Source: a virus | Length of the DNA stretch: 64,000 nucleotides | Reading direction: 5' to 3' (one strand) | Virus record (IMG/VR): IMGVR_UViG_3300006802_000087 | Coordinates: 1 to 64,000 of that record | Shown: piece after piece, positions 62,209-64,000 of the stretch | How the letters are laid out: every line of letters begins with the position of its first letter | How positions within the stretch are numbered: position 1 is the stretch's first letter | Position numbers and translations under genes: made by a program | Notes under the pieces: model-generated | What the model was told of the DNA's origin: nothing | The model's database searches: none | Seen by the model: only the letters and a program-made list of their open reading frames with translations

Positions 62209-62730
62209 TACAAAAAGTGTAACACCACAAAACCAATAGTATAATATAAAAGAACCAACAACAACCAACACCCAAAAGGAGTCATTATGACTACAACAAT
62301 CAGTATCAAAACAGGAAACTACGTGAAGTCTATTCAGTCAAGAGAGGCAGTCTATCGAATCAAAGCCGTAACAGCTGACACTGTCACCCTCAAGAGAGTT
62401 AACGGTCGCCTTAACGGTGAGTATGAAGTTCCTCGATCGACCTTCTCTAAATACTTCCACGCAGCAGCATAAGAGTTCACATGAGTCAGGAAAGAGCAAT
62501 CATCATTGAGGTCGAGTCCCTCCTCCACGAGGGACAATCACCGGCTGTCATAAAGAGAGCAATAGAAAAGAAATACATCAAGAGCTTCTCCCAAAAAGAC
62601 TGGGAGCGCATCATGATCCAGGCACAGCTAAGAAGAGCATTCACACGGCCAGTACCATAATGCAAAAGAACACCAAAGTGTAACAGAACAGAGCCAAGTA
62701 TATAATATATCTACAACCAAAGGAGACCGC

Positions 62731-62940
62731 ATGTTTATCAAACTCACAAAGGTAACACAAACAACAACAGGATACGGTGTGTCTCTCAAAGTAGACAGCA
62801 TCCAAACAGATATCTGGATCAACACCTCCCATATCATTACAATGTATATATCAGGCCTGACATATGTCAACACCACTCATGAGACGATCAAAGTGTTAGA
62901 GACACCTGAGCAGATCATTGCTCTCATGAGCGCCGAGTAG
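62731..62940 (+). CDS. FlbD-like small protein
   Basis: MFIKLT...IWINTSHI...VLETPEQII. Confidence 0.6.
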   Translation: MFIKLTKVTQTTTGYGVSLKVDSIQTDIWINTSHIITMYISGLTYVNTTHETIKVLETPEQIIALMSAE

Positions 62941-63180
62941 GAGAGAGGTAACCATGACAGGAAGAGTCATCTACAGATTCGCAAGAGAGATCCTCCGAGA
63001 GCCACTCATCCTCGCTCGGGTATCACTGCGCCAGGAGTATCACTATACTCGACAACTTTTAAGGCAGCGACTGCGCCGCTGTGGCCGTATGGCCACAGTC
63101 AGGGAGGTGCTGAGTCGGCATGTGGAGAATGCAGAGACTCGGGACAAGGGCATATTCTTTTAACTCCTCTGTGCGGGGTG

Positions 63181-63199
63181 GGAAATGATAATCATTATC
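63181..63199. promoter_or_regulatory. Fur-box-like site
   Basis: GGAAATGATAATCATTATC, 17/19 match to GATAATGATAATCATTATC. Confidence 0.55.
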
Positions 63200-63389
63200 A
63201 ATTGGGTTCGGACTAAGTGCGCGAGATGAAAGTGAGTTATTCGATCGACTTGACTTAAACATACGAACGACCGACAGCACTTTTATGAACTCTCCCCGGG
63301 GCGGGTTGCCGCAAATCCTCACAAAAATGTAACGGCTCTTCACACCCTGTATAATATAATCACAACCCATCCAACCAAGGACAACAACC

Positions 63390-64000
63390 ATGAAACTTAA
63401 CGTTAAAATCGAAGATATCGCTTTTGGTACTTCAATCCAAGATATCGCTGTACCGGCTCTCCTTCAAAAGCGCATTCCTAGTGGCCTCGGCTTCTTTGAT
63501 TATGCACTCGGCGGGAAAGGCTTTACTCCCTCTCTCTGCGGTCTCTTTACTGGAACACCCGGAGCAGGCAAAACTACAATGATGCTCACTCTGGCTAATG
63601 CACTCCAAGGACATGGAGCTCAGGTGATCTTCAACACGGCAGAGGAATCGCTCTATCAGGTAAAGATGACAGCCAATCGACTTAAACTCCGTCATCCATT
63701 CTGTGTCGGCGGTGAGTCTAATGTTCCTAGCCTCCTCAAAGGCTGCGATACAGTGCGCGAGGCTCATCCCGATCGCCCCTTCTTCCTCATCGTCGACTCT
63801 CTGCAATGTATGGATGACGGGCACTTCAACAGCGGTCGTATCACCACAGCAACAGCAGAACGCAGTCTGGCCCAACTCACCTCATATGCCAAGGAAAACG
63901 GGTGCAATGTGCTGGTCATCGGGCAGGTAAACAAGGACGGCAAGATGTCGGGATCGAATAAGCTCAAGCACATGGTGGATATGCACATTCACCTCTCTGT
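63390..64000 (+). CDS. Second RadA/Sms-like ATPase (3' end outside window; absent from ORF track)
   Basis: Manual translation MKLNVKIEDIAFGTSIQD...GTPGAGKTTMM...AEESLYQ...IVDSLQC...GSNKLKHMVD. Confidence 0.92.
   Translation, partial: MKLNVKIEDIAFGTSIQDIAVPALLQKRIPSGLGFFDYALGGKGFTPSLCGLFTGTPGAGKTTMMLTLANALQGHGAQVIFNTAEESLYQVKMTANRLKLRHPFCVGGESNVPSLLKGCDTVREAHPDRPFFLIVDSLQCMDDGHFNSGRITTATAERSLAQLTSYAKENGCNVLVIGQVNKDGKMSGSNKLKHMVDMHIHLS

Larger units (their letters stand above)
49671..63355 (+). repeat. Dense array of TG(T/C)AA(C/A)-N16-TATA(A/C)T promoter/leader repeats
   Basis: Upstream hexamer starts at 49671, 50244, 51183, 52389, 52640, 52993, 53770, 54207, 55229, 57302, 57550, 57924, 58679, 59146, 59941, 60325, 61065, 61359, 61611, 62218, 62679, 63328, all with a 16-nt spacer; 57924 and 58679 are identical over about 41 bp. 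Confidence 0.92.

Noticed and set aside
49671-63355. CRISPR array or integron attC array
   Set aside because: The repeats are separated by whole genes, vary internally, have fixed -35/-10 geometry and lack a paired GTTRRRY end; no cas or integrase gene is in the window.
63432-63988. Minus-strand and alternate-frame ORFs in the track
   Set aside because: Shadows of the + strand RadA/Sms gene starting at 63390.
1-64000. Alternative genetic code (stop-codon reassignment)
   Set aside because: Conserved genes are full length in code 11, all three stops are used and no suppressor tRNA is present.

Overview
This is a 64 kb piece of a large, AT-rich dsDNA bacteriophage (jumbo-phage-like). Almost all genes are on the + strand, in the standard genetic code. 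Left and centre (1-49 kb): GroEL, Hsp20, a sigma70 that ends before region 4.2 followed by a separate sigma4.2-like HTH gene, a DenV-like glycosylase, a two-histidine-kinase/response-regulator cluster, tmRNA, and about 20 probable virion/late proteins sharing a basic amphipathic MKITRRQLRRLIxE tag. This part also carries NUDIX, CysK, DinG helicase, ThyX, a DEDD exonuclease, DNA ligase, RadA/Sms, four tRNAs and thioredoxin. Right (49.6-64 kb): an array of small early genes, most with their own TGTAAC-N16-TATAAT promoter and C/A-rich leader, plus a minimal PolX, Prs, a second RadA/Sms and three copies of a structured non-coding element whose 5' end is complementary to those leaders. Strongest candidates for new biology: (1) a split sigma factor alongside two promoter classes, (2) a portable capsid-targeting-like tag on diverse enzymes, (3) the anti-leader structured RNA family, (4) a phage-encoded phosphorelay. 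All functional calls come from motif reading by eye; no database searches were run.
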